Translations under genes and position numbers: made by a program
DNA from: a virus
Length of the DNA: 64,000 bases
Direction: 5' to 3' (one strand)
IMG/VR virus record: IMGVR_UViG_3300006931_000029
Coordinates: 93,124 to 157,123 of that record
Part shown: positions 52,765 to 62,314 of the stretch, piece after piece
How positions within the stretch are numbered: position 1 is the stretch's first letter
How the letters are laid out: the number at the start of each line of letters is the position of its first letter
The notes under the pieces: model-generated
Seen by the model: only the letters and a program-made list of their open reading frames with translations
Told to the model about the DNA's origin: nothing
Database searches by the model: none

Positions 52765-53280
52765 CTACGACCTCTCAGCCGCTTCCGCAGAACCAGGCGT
52801 TTGTTCAAGAGAACGCTGTTCAGAATCGCCAGATTTCAACGTCAGGTTTGTTCCCCTGAGAGCAGCAATGCCGGACTCCCGGGCCAAATCTTGCAGCGTA
52901 AACAGGTAATTCTTCGCCAATTCGTAAGGGTCTGCGCTCATGAATCCGTACATCGGCGAGTACGACCGCCGATCCGAGTACAGCTCAAGGGAGAAGGCGA
53001 GACCGTTGTGGTAGCTGCCGAGCGAGTCAGATTGTCCACGAGCAAACACCCTGACGTTGCGAGCGTCGTAAACGAACGACTCGATTCTTGCGTCGTTGTC
53101 CCTGATGATAACGCCGTCTCCTCTCACGAAGATGGCAATTCCTTTGCCCATTTCACCGCAGGAAAAACCCATCTTGCGAAGGATTTTCAGCGTAACCCAC
53201 CAAACACTGGACGTGTCATCGGCAGGTTCCTTTGGTGCCAGTGCAAGCAATGAATTTCTGTTTACGAGTTCCAATTCCAT
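52765..53280 (-). CDS. hypothetical protein
   Basis: 171-aa ORF. Confidence 0.4.
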   Translation of the reverse strand: MELELVNRNSLLALAPKEPADDTSSVWWVTLKILRKMGFSCGEMGKGIAIFVRGDGVIIRDNDARIESFVYDARNVRVFARGQSDSLGSYHNGLAFSLELYSDRRSYSPMYGFMSADPYELAKNYLFTLQDLARESGIAALRGTNLTLKSGDSEQRSLEQTPGSAEAAERS

Positions 53281-53296
53281 ACGTAAGGTGAGAACA

Positions 53297-53701
53297 ATGA
53301 AGCCTGCGAATCTAGTGGATCAAATGCTGGAGACCGACAGTGAGCCTGCGCGTGAGCCAACTCCTAGTTTGACGGTTCCAGACGCTGGCATGTCTCGGTA
53401 TCCGAAGGATGAAGAGGCCACTCGCAACGCTGTCGAGAAAGTCGGGGATGGACAACAGCCGGATGAATTTTTCGTGTCGATCGGCGACGAGTTCTACGAG
53501 GACGAACCTGAACAATCCGGCGAGAGCTACAGCATCGGCCAGTTTGCCGATCCGAAGGAAGCCGAGAAGATGTTCAACAACGTCGAGCTGAACGGCGCAG
53601 AAGGACCGCGCTGGGTTTCAGTCGAGAATCGTCTCAAAGGCCTGATCAAGCAACGCTACCTGAAGAAGGTGGTGAGCTATCAGGAGGAGACACGGGACTA
53701 G
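53297..53701 (+). CDS. small acidic protein, LVExML N-terminal-motif family
   Basis: AAGGTGA SD then ATG 53297; MKPANLVDQMLETDSEP; terminates with tandem TAG TAG (53699-53704). Confidence 0.45.
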   Translation: MKPANLVDQMLETDSEPAREPTPSLTVPDAGMSRYPKDEEATRNAVEKVGDGQQPDEFFVSIGDEFYEDEPEQSGESYSIGQFADPKEAEKMFNNVELNGAEGPRWVSVENRLKGLIKQRYLKKVVSYQEETRD

Positions 53702-53966
53702 TAGGAGCAGTGCCGGACGAGAACTGAGTCGGGTGTTCCTGATCGGCGCCGTCGTAGTTGGCGCTGACCAATTCGCGCAGCGAGAAGGCAACGAACGGGC
53801 CTTTGAACTGACGAAGGTCTTCTCTCGATTGAACTAGTTCGGCTTGCTTGGCAGTCAAGACGAGAATCCGTTTACCAGATCGAAACTCTTCGACAAACGC
53901 AGCGGCACGCTCAGGTTTGAACGCCGTTGCGCCTGACTCACCGAGTAACTGCTTGATGAGCGTCAT
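53646..53966 (-). CDS. hypothetical protein
   Basis: 106-aa ORF, convergent overlap with previous gene. Confidence 0.35.
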   Translation of the reverse strand: MTLIKQLLGESGATAFKPERAAAFVEEFRSGKRILVLTAKQAELVQSREDLRQFKGPFVAFSLRELVSANYDGADQEHPTQFSSGTAPTSPVSPPDSSPPSSGSVA

Positions 53967-54250
53967 AGCACGATCCAGTCTACTCCTAATCTTTCCATCG
54001 TGTCTAAGAGTTTGGAGGCTTCGGCTGAGAATTCAGCGACGTCGACTTCAACCATCTGCAGCGTGCCGACTTCGATGGTAGCGCCATCGTCGACGTTGAG
54101 ATAATCTCTCAAGCCGCGCGACAGACCGACATCTTGAGCTTTGATTGCTTTGTAGATTTTCGGGCCGTTGCTGCCTGGATTTCCAACTTGAGCGGCATCG
54201 ACAGGCGCTTCGCTCAACATCTGATCCACGATTGTCTTGGCGTTGTTCAT
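53963..54250 (-). CDS. small acidic protein, LVExML family
   Basis: MNNAKTIVDQMLSEAP. Confidence 0.45.
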   Translation of the reverse strand: MNNAKTIVDQMLSEAPVDAAQVGNPGSNGPKIYKAIKAQDVGLSRGLRDYLNVDDGATIEVGTLQMVEVDVAEFSAEASKLLDTMERLGVDWIVL

Positions 54251-54531
54251 GAGAATCCGGTTACGTCTGTGATGACCTTGGCAAATTCAGGACGCGCGCA
54301 AACTTTTGCCGCGGCATTTTTCAATGCCTGAGCGAGGTTGAATCGGTCGCTGGTCTCAGCGTTGGGCGTCATCACGATGTCGATACCTTCGAGTTCAGTA
54401 CCGTCAAGGCTGATGCTAACAGTCATGATGCGACCGCGTCGTGAAAGCTGGCGCGAGCGTCGGCCCTTATTGGCATCGCCCTCGGGTCCTTCTTCGTTGA
54501 GAAGCTTGTTAACTGTGTCAGAAGGTTTCAT
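54247..54531 (-). CDS. small acidic protein, LVExML family
   Basis: internal ATG gives MKPSDTVNKLLNEEGP and ATGA coupling to upstream gene. Confidence 0.4.
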   Translation of the reverse strand: MKPSDTVNKLLNEEGPEGDANKGRRSRQLSRRGRIMTVSISLDGTELEGIDIVMTPNAETSDRFNLAQALKNAAAKVCARPEFAKVITDVTGFS

Positions 54532-55046
54532 GGGTGTCCCGGCCTTGGCGGCCAAACTGGTTGAGCTTTCTGTTGTTGCAGCGGAGTTCTGCCTTCTCCG
54601 TATCCTAGCATGAAGCAAGCGAGCCGAGCGTACCGTCTTGCTTCTTCCGGGTTCTTGACTAAGTCGTTGGCTTTATCGATGCAGAGTGTCCAACACTCCT
54701 CCTTCATGCGAGCGTCGTACTCGGGCGAGTCTGGGTCTAAGTCTTCTGGTGCTACGTCGCCGAGGTATTGTTCGACCTCGTCCTTGATTCTTTTGACGAT
54801 TGGATTTTCTCCACGCTCGGTGATCGAATCTTCGCTCAGCAGTTGCTCAACCACGCCGCTTGGCGTGAGGTCAGGAAGTACTTTGAAGAAGTCGAAATCA
54901 GAGCCGTCTTTTCCGTCAGAAACAGGTAGCTCAACGATTTCGCCGGGCTTCACGTCGCGAGGATGGCATTCACGCTCGCCTTCCCTAGTCTTGACCACAA
55001 CGTGGTCATAACGGTCAAGAAGGTCTTTGTGCCGGATCATCCGCAT
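54528..55046 (-). CDS. hypothetical acidic protein
   Basis: 172-aa ORF; internal VVEQLLSED segment. Confidence 0.4.
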   Translation of the reverse strand: MRMIRHKDLLDRYDHVVVKTREGERECHPRDVKPGEIVELPVSDGKDGSDFDFFKVLPDLTPSGVVEQLLSEDSITERGENPIVKRIKDEVEQYLGDVAPEDLDPDSPEYDARMKEECWTLCIDKANDLVKNPEEARRYARLACFMLGYGEGRTPLQQQKAQPVWPPRPGHP

Positions 55047-55075
55047 AGTTTACCTACAGACTAACAGAACACGGC

Positions 55076-55087
55076 ATTTTGTAAACA
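55076..55087 (-). promoter_or_regulatory. TGTTTACAAAAT promoter-like motif in divergent region
   Basis: 32 nt upstream of minus start 55046; 13 nt before plus ATG 55102. Confidence 0.45.
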
Positions 55088-55101
55088 GATTCTTCCCAGC
55101 A

Positions 55102-55569
55102 ATGGAAAATGTAGCCCAGTCCGAGGAGTGGAAACGACTAGGGCTATCACTAGAAGCGTTTCAGGGAACCAATGTCCATGATTCGGCCACGTGGACCATC
55201 AAGGTGCGGCGATCTGGAGTTTCCAATGGTCTGATTCAGTTTACTATCCGGACGCGTCTGGACTATGGTCAACTAGACCCGTATGATGCTTTCCTAGGCT
55301 TGTGCGAGACGTTCGCCGGTCTTCCAGGAGATTATTACAGTTGGATCAGTCTCGCCGGCCTGCCTGACACCGAGTCGTACCGCTACCGCTTTCAGGAACT
55401 CCAACGCCAAAAACAAGGAACGATCGATGTCCTCGGCCCAGATGTTATTTCGAGAATTGCCAATTTACGTCCCACCGGGGAACAGAAGCGTGTTCTACCG
55501 GCCGGTCCAGCAAGCTTACGGGCGGTCAACCTACATCCAAATCCCGGAATGCCGATGCAAACCCCATGA
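55102..55569 (+). CDS. hypothetical protein
   Basis: ATG at 55102 (MENVAQSEEW) within ORF 55027..55569. Confidence 0.4.
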   Translation: MENVAQSEEWKRLGLSLEAFQGTNVHDSATWTIKVRRSGVSNGLIQFTIRTRLDYGQLDPYDAFLGLCETFAGLPGDYYSWISLAGLPDTESYRYRFQELQRQKQGTIDVLGPDVISRIANLRPTGEQKRVLPAGPASLRAVNLHPNPGMPMQTP

Positions 55570-56066
55570 GCGACGAGGTCCCGAGGGAGGAGTCTGTGCC
55601 TGCACCGGAGCCATCCCCAGAATCGACCCCAAAACCGGCTGGAAAACTTAGGGCGGTCAATGGCGGAGTTGGAATGCCCGGAGCTGTGCTGCTCGATCTT
55701 TTCGGCAGCTACGTTTGGGACGCCTTCGGTGACCTTCCATACCACGTCGGGTCATCGCTAGAAATTGAGAAAGGAACCACTGAGTGGGCTGGAGCGCGTC
55801 TGAACAAAAACCAATGGAGAGACGTTGATGTTCGATTGATCATGAGCGACGAAGAGTGGGAGAAGCAAGGATTCGGCGACCCAAGGGACACGCATCGAAA
55901 CGCCAAGTGGGTTGCTATCACGCTGGCATGGACGGCTTTTGGCCGCCAACTTACGGGATTGCCCATTGATTTTCAGATTCAACAACAGACCGAAGCGAAT
56001 AAGGAAGAAGGCCTCCGGTCGGCAATCGGCCTCGTTCCTCATCGTTTCAAAAAATACACACAATGA
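55566..56066 (+). CDS. hypothetical protein
   Basis: 166-aa ORF, ATGA coupling. Confidence 0.45.
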   Translation: MSDEVPREESVPAPEPSPESTPKPAGKLRAVNGGVGMPGAVLLDLFGSYVWDAFGDLPYHVGSSLEIEKGTTEWAGARLNKNQWRDVDVRLIMSDEEWEKQGFGDPRDTHRNAKWVAITLAWTAFGRQLTGLPIDFQIQQQTEANKEEGLRSAIGLVPHRFKKYTQ

Positions 56067-56413
56067 ACAAAGTCCTTACCTCGAAAGACATCAAGTCAAC
56101 GTCTCCCATTCTGTCGTGCAGCGCAGCGGTCTTCAAGCTCGGCGGCCGAGATTTTTCAGCCCGGTCGTCGGCGTTCGAATCGATGTATGAGGTCGAGAAG
56201 TTCGTGAACGAACACGCCGGTTTTCTGGTGATCTTCGACCAGCCGAATCTCTTCGTGCCTGACGTTCCAACAAGCGATCGTGACAAGGTTGTCCTCCGCT
56301 ATGTGATCTTGCCGAACTTCCACGACTTGATCAGCAGAATGTATCAAGCCACGATAGACGTCGGACTTGCCGGCGATCTGAGAAAAGACCTCGACACTTA
56401 TTTTGGAAAGTGA
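56063..56413 (+). CDS. hypothetical protein
   Basis: 116-aa ORF, coupled. Confidence 0.45.
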   Translation: MNKVLTSKDIKSTSPILSCSAAVFKLGGRDFSARSSAFESMYEVEKFVNEHAGFLVIFDQPNLFVPDVPTSDRDKVVLRYVILPNFHDLISRMYQATIDVGLAGDLRKDLDTYFGK

Positions 56414-56700
56414 GTCCGTATCAGAAAGCTATTGCCGCCGTCGTTCTCAACACGGCATTTTCCGTTGAGGAGCAGGACTACTATTGCGGCCAGCGAAATA
56501 GCGGCTGCAAGTGTCCGGTCGCTTTAGCCATCCGCCGGACTTTGGACACAAGTTCAACCGTGTCAGTCTGTGCTGCCACAATCCGAATCGACTCCGTTTG
56601 GTTTGTGACACCGAAGGAGGTCGACGCCTACATTAAGGCGTACGACAGACGAGAACCGAATTGTTTTCTGCTCGATTTCAGAATCAAAGAAGTGGCTTAA
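56410..56700 (+). CDS. hypothetical protein
   Basis: 96-aa ORF, coupled. Confidence 0.4.
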   Translation: MSPYQKAIAAVVLNTAFSVEEQDYYCGQRNSGCKCPVALAIRRTLDTSSTVSVCAATIRIDSVWFVTPKEVDAYIKAYDRREPNCFLLDFRIKEVA

Positions 56701-57392
56701 GCGTTCGCCCAGTCGAGGACGATCTTGGCCGCGGTCAAGAGACTCTCAGGTGGAATCTTCAAAGGATCGGCGTCGGCAAATTGGCCGAACGTGTCTTGCA
56801 GCTCGTCAGGAAGATTGATGGTGCCGCCGGTTTCATCGGTCATGCTGGCTCCCCAGAAACCGTCTGCCGTGCCGATGTCGAGAGTACCTAGCTTGTTCGG
56901 GCAGCTCAGGTAGCCGGGATATTCGTAGGAACACTTGACGCCATTCTCATTAAAGAATCTCTCACACTCGAGACCGAGCTGTTGAAGCGCGTTGTTCTCG
57001 TCTTCACTGAGAAGGGTTTCGACCACGTCGGATGGCGCGATAGTTTCACCTGTTGCGCGGTCGATGTCGAGTGTCCGCATGTTGCCGGACAACTTCAGCG
57101 TCTTGCGTTCAGGAGCTGGAGCCGATAGTAAATCCCAAATCTCGTTGGCATCGGTATTGATTGAACCGTCGACTTCATCCCGAGAAGCGTCAAGATGCTG
57201 TAGCAGACCTTTCATCAACCGTTGGCGCTCGGATTGAACTCCACGATCAAAATTCAGATGAGACAAGATGGCGTTCGCAAGGCGCCCAATCTCGACTTCC
57301 ATTCCACTTTCTTGATCGCGAGTGCGGCCACCGAGTTCGTTGTAGTCACGAATCTCCTTGTTGACCCACATCCTGTCGATCTTGCCGGCCAT
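56697..57392 (-). CDS. hypothetical acidic protein
   Basis: 231-aa ORF; internal DVVETLLSEDEN segment. Confidence 0.45.
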   Translation of the reverse strand: MAGKIDRMWVNKEIRDYNELGGRTRDQESGMEVEIGRLANAILSHLNFDRGVQSERQRLMKGLLQHLDASRDEVDGSINTDANEIWDLLSAPAPERKTLKLSGNMRTLDIDRATGETIAPSDVVETLLSEDENNALQQLGLECERFFNENGVKCSYEYPGYLSCPNKLGTLDIGTADGFWGASMTDETGGTINLPDELQDTFGQFADADPLKIPPESLLTAAKIVLDWANA

Positions 57393-57394
57393 CG

Positions 57395-57709
57395 TTAAGG
57401 AAGTTTGGCGATGAAGTCGGCAACGTCCCTGACAGGGATGAAATCGTTGCCGTACTCAAAGTCGGGCGCAACGGCCTTCACGAACTCAAACGTTCCGTCA
57501 GGATTGGCCATGACGTGGCAACTGATCTCTTCGCCGGTTTTGAGTTTGATTCCGATCTCGGCGACTTGCTCCGGTCCCATTACGTCGATGTGGGTAATGT
57601 CGCCAACACCAGTTCTGGCAAACGCGCCACGGAGTTCAGCAGTGAACGCCTCGATAGCGTCAGCTTCGCTCAGCATGTTTTCAACCATCTGCAGGGGCGT
57701 GATTTTCAT
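57395..57709 (-). CDS. small acidic protein, LVExML family
   Basis: MKITPLQMVENMLSEADA. Confidence 0.45.
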   Translation of the reverse strand: MKITPLQMVENMLSEADAIEAFTAELRGAFARTGVGDITHIDVMGPEQVAEIGIKLKTGEEISCHVMANPDGTFEFVKAVAPDFEYGNDFIPVRDVADFIAKLP

Positions 57710-58071
57710 TCTTCGATGAGACGGCTAACAACTTGCCTTGGAGTGGATTCTCGGCGTAAAGGACGGCTAGGGCGACTGAAGTTCGTGAAAAATTTTCCGG
57801 CACTCCGGTCGGCTTTTGCTTGTTGGATCGCCGACTGGATTTCCTCAACTCCAGCCGTTTCTTTATCCACAAAGAAGGTCAAGCTGTCAACGAAGTGCCG
57901 ACCGGCAGTCGAGTCCAGATATTCCTTCGCCTTCAGCGGATCGCCACCGAGGACGTCGATCAGGTAGTTGTAGATGCCGAGCACCTGAGCGCGGGAGACG
58001 TTGCCCCAATTGGCAAGCGTGCCGTAAAATCCCCAGTCGGTGTTGATGTCGTCGGCGGTGAACTGTGCCAT
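57706..58071 (-). CDS. hypothetical protein
   Basis: 121-aa ORF. Confidence 0.45.
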   Translation of the reverse strand: MAQFTADDINTDWGFYGTLANWGNVSRAQVLGIYNYLIDVLGGDPLKAKEYLDSTAGRHFVDSLTFFVDKETAGVEEIQSAIQQAKADRSAGKFFTNFSRPSRPLRRESTPRQVVSRLIEE

Positions 58072-58130
58072 GTGATAAATATGAGCTCAGGTCTTGAGGC
58101 TCGTGACCCATACAACACAACCCAGCTGAG

Positions 58131-58145
58131 TTTGTAAACAAAAAT
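58131..58145 (-). promoter_or_regulatory. ATTTTTGTTTACAAA promoter-like motif (minus orientation)
   Basis: about 60 nt upstream of minus start 58071. Confidence 0.4.
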
Positions 58146-58682
58146 TTACTTCACCAACTCCAGATTCTCGTGGTCGAGAATGATGCCGTACGCGCCTGGC
58201 AGTTTGCTGTCCATTGGGTTGTGACCCAACTCTGAGATGTTCACAGAATACCGTCCATCTTCGTAGGCGTCACGAATCACGCCGATCTTTCCGTTGCTGT
58301 CTCCTCGTTGGTTAGACTTCACTCTCGTGCCTGGAACAAGCTGAGTGAAACCCGACTCTTTGAACCAGACAATAGACGCCTGGCGAACGGCTTCTCTGAG
58401 GTAGGAAGATGTTCGATCCATCACTTCAACCAGAGCAGAGTCGGCATCCCATCCGTCGTGCTCGAGCTCTCGAGCGAGACGATAGCCGTCGTCGGTGGTG
58501 GAACCCTTGATCGCACCCGTTAGCTGGTCGATGACGCTGTCCCGCTCTTCAGTTTCTTGCTCGTAGTCAGTCGAGTCACCGTTTTGGTTTAACCACTCGA
58601 TGACGTCAGGAAGCAGACGCTCAACGGCGGTCTTGATGATCGCTGAGTCGTTGACGGTGGGACGTTTCGTCAGTGTCGGCAT
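58146..58682 (-). CDS. hypothetical protein
   Basis: 178-aa ORF. Confidence 0.45.
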   Translation of the reverse strand: MPTLTKRPTVNDSAIIKTAVERLLPDVIEWLNQNGDSTDYEQETEERDSVIDQLTGAIKGSTTDDGYRLARELEHDGWDADSALVEVMDRTSSYLREAVRQASIVWFKESGFTQLVPGTRVKSNQRGDSNGKIGVIRDAYEDGRYSVNISELGHNPMDSKLPGAYGIILDHENLELVK

Positions 58683-58684
58683 AC

Positions 58685-59056
58685 TTAGGTATGAACTAAG
58701 GGTTCGAGGTTGAATGACTTCAAGGCAGCAAGAGCTTCGTCCACCTTCTCGTTAGGAACAACGACCACGATAGTCTTGGTGGTTTGGGTTTTCTTCCACT
58801 CGATGAAGACCGTCTCGGTGTTGCGATCGCCATTGTACGGATCGGGACCTTTTCCCTGCCACGCGACGTAACCGCCGAAGTCGTTTTCGATGACGAATTC
58901 TCGGTCCGCTTTTCCTGGTTTCACGAACCACGATCCGTCTTCCTTTGCTCCCCACAATTCTGCCCAAAGATCGTCGTTGTAGTCCTCGAAATAAAAACTG
59001 TCTCCGAGCTCATTGATGAAACGACAAAATTCGATGGCTGTTGTGGGTGTGGACAT
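58685..59056 (-). CDS. hypothetical protein
   Basis: 123-aa ORF. Confidence 0.45.
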   Translation of the reverse strand: MSTPTTAIEFCRFINELGDSFYFEDYNDDLWAELWGAKEDGSWFVKPGKADREFVIENDFGGYVAWQGKGPDPYNGDRNTETVFIEWKKTQTTKTIVVVVPNEKVDEALAALKSFNLEPLVHT

Positions 59057-59080
59057 AGGAATGTTTACTAAAGAACACGG

Positions 59081-59887
59081 TCAGGTCTCCGAGGCCGTGA
59101 CAACAGGTTTCGATTTTTCCGAATCCCAATTCATCGCGAGACGCGATATTTGACCGACGTACTCAGCCGCTTTTTCCTTCGTCCACGCGTGAATAATCCA
59201 ACTGCCGTCTCGGTATGCCCTCGTCGTCTTTTCCGCTGAGAAGAGAAGCTCGAGCATGTCTGCCAATTCCTTTGGTATGTTTTCGATCTCGATGTGGTAG
59301 ACGCGTTTGCGACTACCGAGAACCATTGCGTGGGTCGGAATGTGGTTAAACACGACTCGGTACCACGGTCCGGTCCAGTAGCTGCCGTAGAGATTTTTCG
59401 TTTCGGTGAATTCGAGACCGTTGAAGTTGATGTCTTCGTCACACACCAGATTGTGCCAGAAATAATGATTGCTGAGATGGCCGTAGCCATTCATGCATGT
59501 CCGATGGGCGGTTCGCTTCATCGATTGGATGTGCTCCTGATTTCTCAGAGACTCCACTGTATTTTCCCACCCGCGCTGGCAGATGGGACAAATTTGGTTT
59601 CTCACGTCGGCCACGATCGTACCCGTGACCGACTTGTCGTCACCGCCAAAGTGTTCGTGCCATCGAACCCATAGCTGGTTGTATTGGTCAAACCCGCAGG
59701 CAGGAGAACCATCGTTCAGTCTGTCGGGCGTCACGGGCTTGAGGATTTCGTTTCCTTTGCTGCCACCGAAGTGGATCGTGCTCATGGGTTGGTCGGGTTT
59801 GGGATCGCGTGTGTAGAAGCATGGACCTTTGTCGCCAAAACACAGGTGGCAATCGCCATCGCCATTCGTATCATTTGGGCAAGGCAT
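59081..59887 (-). CDS. Cys-rich hypothetical protein
   Basis: ORF 59081..60097, but promoter-like motif lies inside its 5' part; ATG at 59887 (MPCPNDTNGDGDCHLCF) 28 nt downstream of motif; CPICQRGW. Confidence 0.45.
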   Translation of the reverse strand: MPCPNDTNGDGDCHLCFGDKGPCFYTRDPKPDQPMSTIHFGGSKGNEILKPVTPDRLNDGSPACGFDQYNQLWVRWHEHFGGDDKSVTGTIVADVRNQICPICQRGWENTVESLRNQEHIQSMKRTAHRTCMNGYGHLSNHYFWHNLVCDEDINFNGLEFTETKNLYGSYWTGPWYRVVFNHIPTHAMVLGSRKRVYHIEIENIPKELADMLELLFSAEKTTRAYRDGSWIIHAWTKEKAAEYVGQISRLAMNWDSEKSKPVVTASET

Positions 59888-59913
59888 AGCGTCACCCAAA
59901 CGCCTCAGCCAAT

Positions 59914-59927
59914 AATGTAAACAAAAA
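59914..59927 (-). promoter_or_regulatory. TTTTTGTTTACATT promoter-like motif (minus orientation)
   Basis: 28 nt upstream of ATG 59887. Confidence 0.5.
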
Positions 59928-60017
59928 TTGGGGCCGACGTGTGGGTTTACACCACGAGGAGCATCAGATTGAACGCTTCCGCCGTCCACGGCGGACCCGA
60001 TTACCCGTCGGCACTGA

Positions 60018-60269
60018 CTAAAATACCACAGCAGAGAACGGAAATGGACCGCCTGCAATCCTGGTGGCTTCAGCGGCAACGTCCGGCGGTAACCCATCTT
60101 TGAGCAAAGCTTCGCGTAGCTGAACGAAGATGCTGTAGTGAAGCATCAGGTAACGGACCGCAATCGCCGCCTCGTTGTGGTCGTGCGCTGCTTGCATCCA
60201 GAGCACTAGAGACTTGTTGGCTTTTCCGATGTCCTTTAGCATCTCTCCCTTAAAATTGTTGTTTAGCAT
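60018..60269 (-). CDS. hypothetical small protein
   Basis: 83-aa ORF. Confidence 0.35.
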   Translation of the reverse strand: MLNNNFKGEMLKDIGKANKSLVLWMQAAHDHNEAAIAVRYLMLHYSIFVQLREALLKDGLPPDVAAEATRIAGGPFPFSAVVF

Positions 60270-60287
60270 TTTCCTAACAATCGGGCG

Positions 60288-60920
60288 TCACGGTGAACGC
60301 GCAAGCATGTACCGCCCGTCTGGCTTTAACTCAAGCACAAAGTACCCGCAGTTTGGCGGATTCTTCTCGGCTTCAAATTGTTCGACAGTATAGTGCAGCC
60401 ACCGCATCACGATGATTCGGCTCGTGTACCCGTGCGTCACCAGAATCAAGTTATCCGGATGGTCTGGTCGAGCAAAATCTCTGTGCAACGTCTCGAGAAA
60501 AGTGGATATACGATCGAACACGTCTGCGCCTGATTCTCCATCGGGAATCCGGTACCAAAAACGGGAAAAGGCATCGCGCTCTTTGTCGATGCGAATGGCT
60601 TCTTCAGGATCGCGCAAGTGTCCCCATTCCTGCTCTCGGATGCGTGGGTCTTCCTTCACCCACGCAGGAGGTTTTATGCCAAGCCGAGAGCGAAGCATGT
60701 GTTCGGCCGTTTCCCTGGTTCGTTTGAATGGAGAAACCCACATCGCAAACGGCTCGACACCAATCACGTCTGCGAACAACCTGTCACCGGCCCAGAATGC
60801 CTGTTCCTTTCCTTTGTCAGTCAGAGGGATCAGGTGGTCCTGAGTTTTGCCTCTCGTCTCTTTGTCGGCGTTGGACATCGACTCACCGTGGCGGATGATG
60901 ACAATCCTTTTTGGCTTCAT
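60288..60920 (-). CDS. histidine phosphatase superfamily (phosphoglycerate-mutase-like) protein
   Basis: IVIIRHGESMSN (RHG catalytic motif) near N-terminus; second His region ILVTHGYT. Confidence 0.55.
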   Translation of the reverse strand: MKPKRIVIIRHGESMSNADKETRGKTQDHLIPLTDKGKEQAFWAGDRLFADVIGVEPFAMWVSPFKRTRETAEHMLRSRLGIKPPAWVKEDPRIREQEWGHLRDPEEAIRIDKERDAFSRFWYRIPDGESGADVFDRISTFLETLHRDFARPDHPDNLILVTHGYTSRIIVMRWLHYTVEQFEAEKNPPNCGYFVLELKPDGRYMLARSP

Positions 60921-60947
60921 AGTTCTCCAGAACGTGTTCTAACCTGA

Positions 60948-61385
60948 GTGCAGAAAATCATCGGCTACATCACATGGGATTCCACGCCAACAGTTGGAAC
61001 TGCCCACGGCGTCCACCGGCTTTCGTTTATCGACGTCCTCACGGGCACAAGCATGTCGTTTCCTCCTGAGGAAATCATCGTTCAACAGTTCATCATCGCC
61101 GGCAAGGTCGCTTCGCGGTTGATTGAATCATTGCCGATGTTTACACCACGCAAACCGAAGCCGGACGGGTCGCCGTGGAAAGCCAACATCAAAGACGAAC
61201 CGGACATCACGATCCTCGGCACGCTTGCGAGATGGCCGATCCTCTCCGACCCGGCACCGGAAATGGAAGACAAACTCCTCTTGATTGCCCCGAAGCCGGG
61301 TGGAGTCGACAAAGTCTTTGAGGTAACAATCACCGGCCAATTTGCCGATGCTATCCTCAACCCTCAGGAAGGTCCACGTTCGTAG
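60948..61385 (+). CDS. hypothetical protein
   Basis: 145-aa ORF. Confidence 0.4.
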   Translation: MQKIIGYITWDSTPTVGTAHGVHRLSFIDVLTGTSMSFPPEEIIVQQFIIAGKVASRLIESLPMFTPRKPKPDGSPWKANIKDEPDITILGTLARWPILSDPAPEMEDKLLLIAPKPGGVDKVFEVTITGQFADAILNPQEGPRS

Positions 61386-62314
61386 TCGGTCAAGTCTCTC
61401 CACTCGCGCATGCTGCTGATAGACGAGAGGTCGACTTCTGAGTAACGCCGTTCGATTGCGGCATCAGAGCCGACGTTGATGAAGACAGCGCCAGGTGCCG
61501 CTTGATCAACGAACTGAGTCCACGCTTTGGCGTCATAGGTTGCCGTGGTAGGGAAGGACGGAAGCTCGTGCGATTTGACTGCACGAAGGAATGGAACCGT
61601 AGCGCTGATCAACTCTGCTCGGCCGATCTCGCCATCATGCATGTTACGAGCAACGGCAATTCCACGGGCTCTTGCGTTCGGCCAACCGATCTGAAGACCC
61701 CGCGTCATCGTGCCGGTGCTGACAGCGCACCAAAACTCTGGCGGTTCGCCATGAACTTCAGCGATGTCGGCGGCAAATTTCACGATGCCGGCCGTCACCT
61801 CAGGCACGCCTTTCAGACCGAACGGCAAGTACTTTGCGCCGTGCTTAGCGGCCCACTTTCTGGCATAGCTGTTTAGCATCGGCATCGCTGCAGTCCGGAT
61901 GAACCGAAGGTCGGCGCCATAAGCCTTGCAAACCGCCTGGTGCTTCGAGACTTCGCCGCTAGCAGGGACGAAGAAGACGGTCTTCTTCCCGTACATCTGC
62001 GCAAGGACGCAGATGGCTTCTGCCGCGTGGCCGACTCGAGGAGCGCAGTAAACCAGCGTGTCTTCCGGCGTGGTGGCAATCAGCTTCTCGGCCGCGTAGG
62101 CTTTGAAACCTGCCGGGGCTTTGTCACACCTCACAACGTTCAACGGACGATCATCAGTGCCAAACCGTTCAAGCAGAGATGCCGCGTCAGGCATCCGACT
62201 TTTGAAGTTCGTGCCATAAAGTTTTAGGTAGAAGTCACGCGCACCTTGAGCGTTCAGGGGAGTTGGAATATCTCGGTTGCTGGGATCGGCTGTGATCGTG
62301 AATTGAGGCTTCAT
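61364..62314 (-). CDS. PLP-dependent fold-type II enzyme-like (ACC deaminase/D-cysteine desulfhydrase-like)
   Basis: size about 316 aa and Gly-rich GxGxxG-like and Lys-containing N-terminal segment; weak, by overall resemblance only. Confidence 0.35.
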   Translation of the reverse strand: MKPQFTITADPSNRDIPTPLNAQGARDFYLKLYGTNFKSRMPDAASLLERFGTDDRPLNVVRCDKAPAGFKAYAAEKLIATTPEDTLVYCAPRVGHAAEAICVLAQMYGKKTVFFVPASGEVSKHQAVCKAYGADLRFIRTAAMPMLNSYARKWAAKHGAKYLPFGLKGVPEVTAGIVKFAADIAEVHGEPPEFWCAVSTGTMTRGLQIGWPNARARGIAVARNMHDGEIGRAELISATVPFLRAVKSHELPSFPTTATYDAKAWTQFVDQAAPGAVFINVGSDAAIERRYSEVDLSSISSMREWRDLTDYERGPS

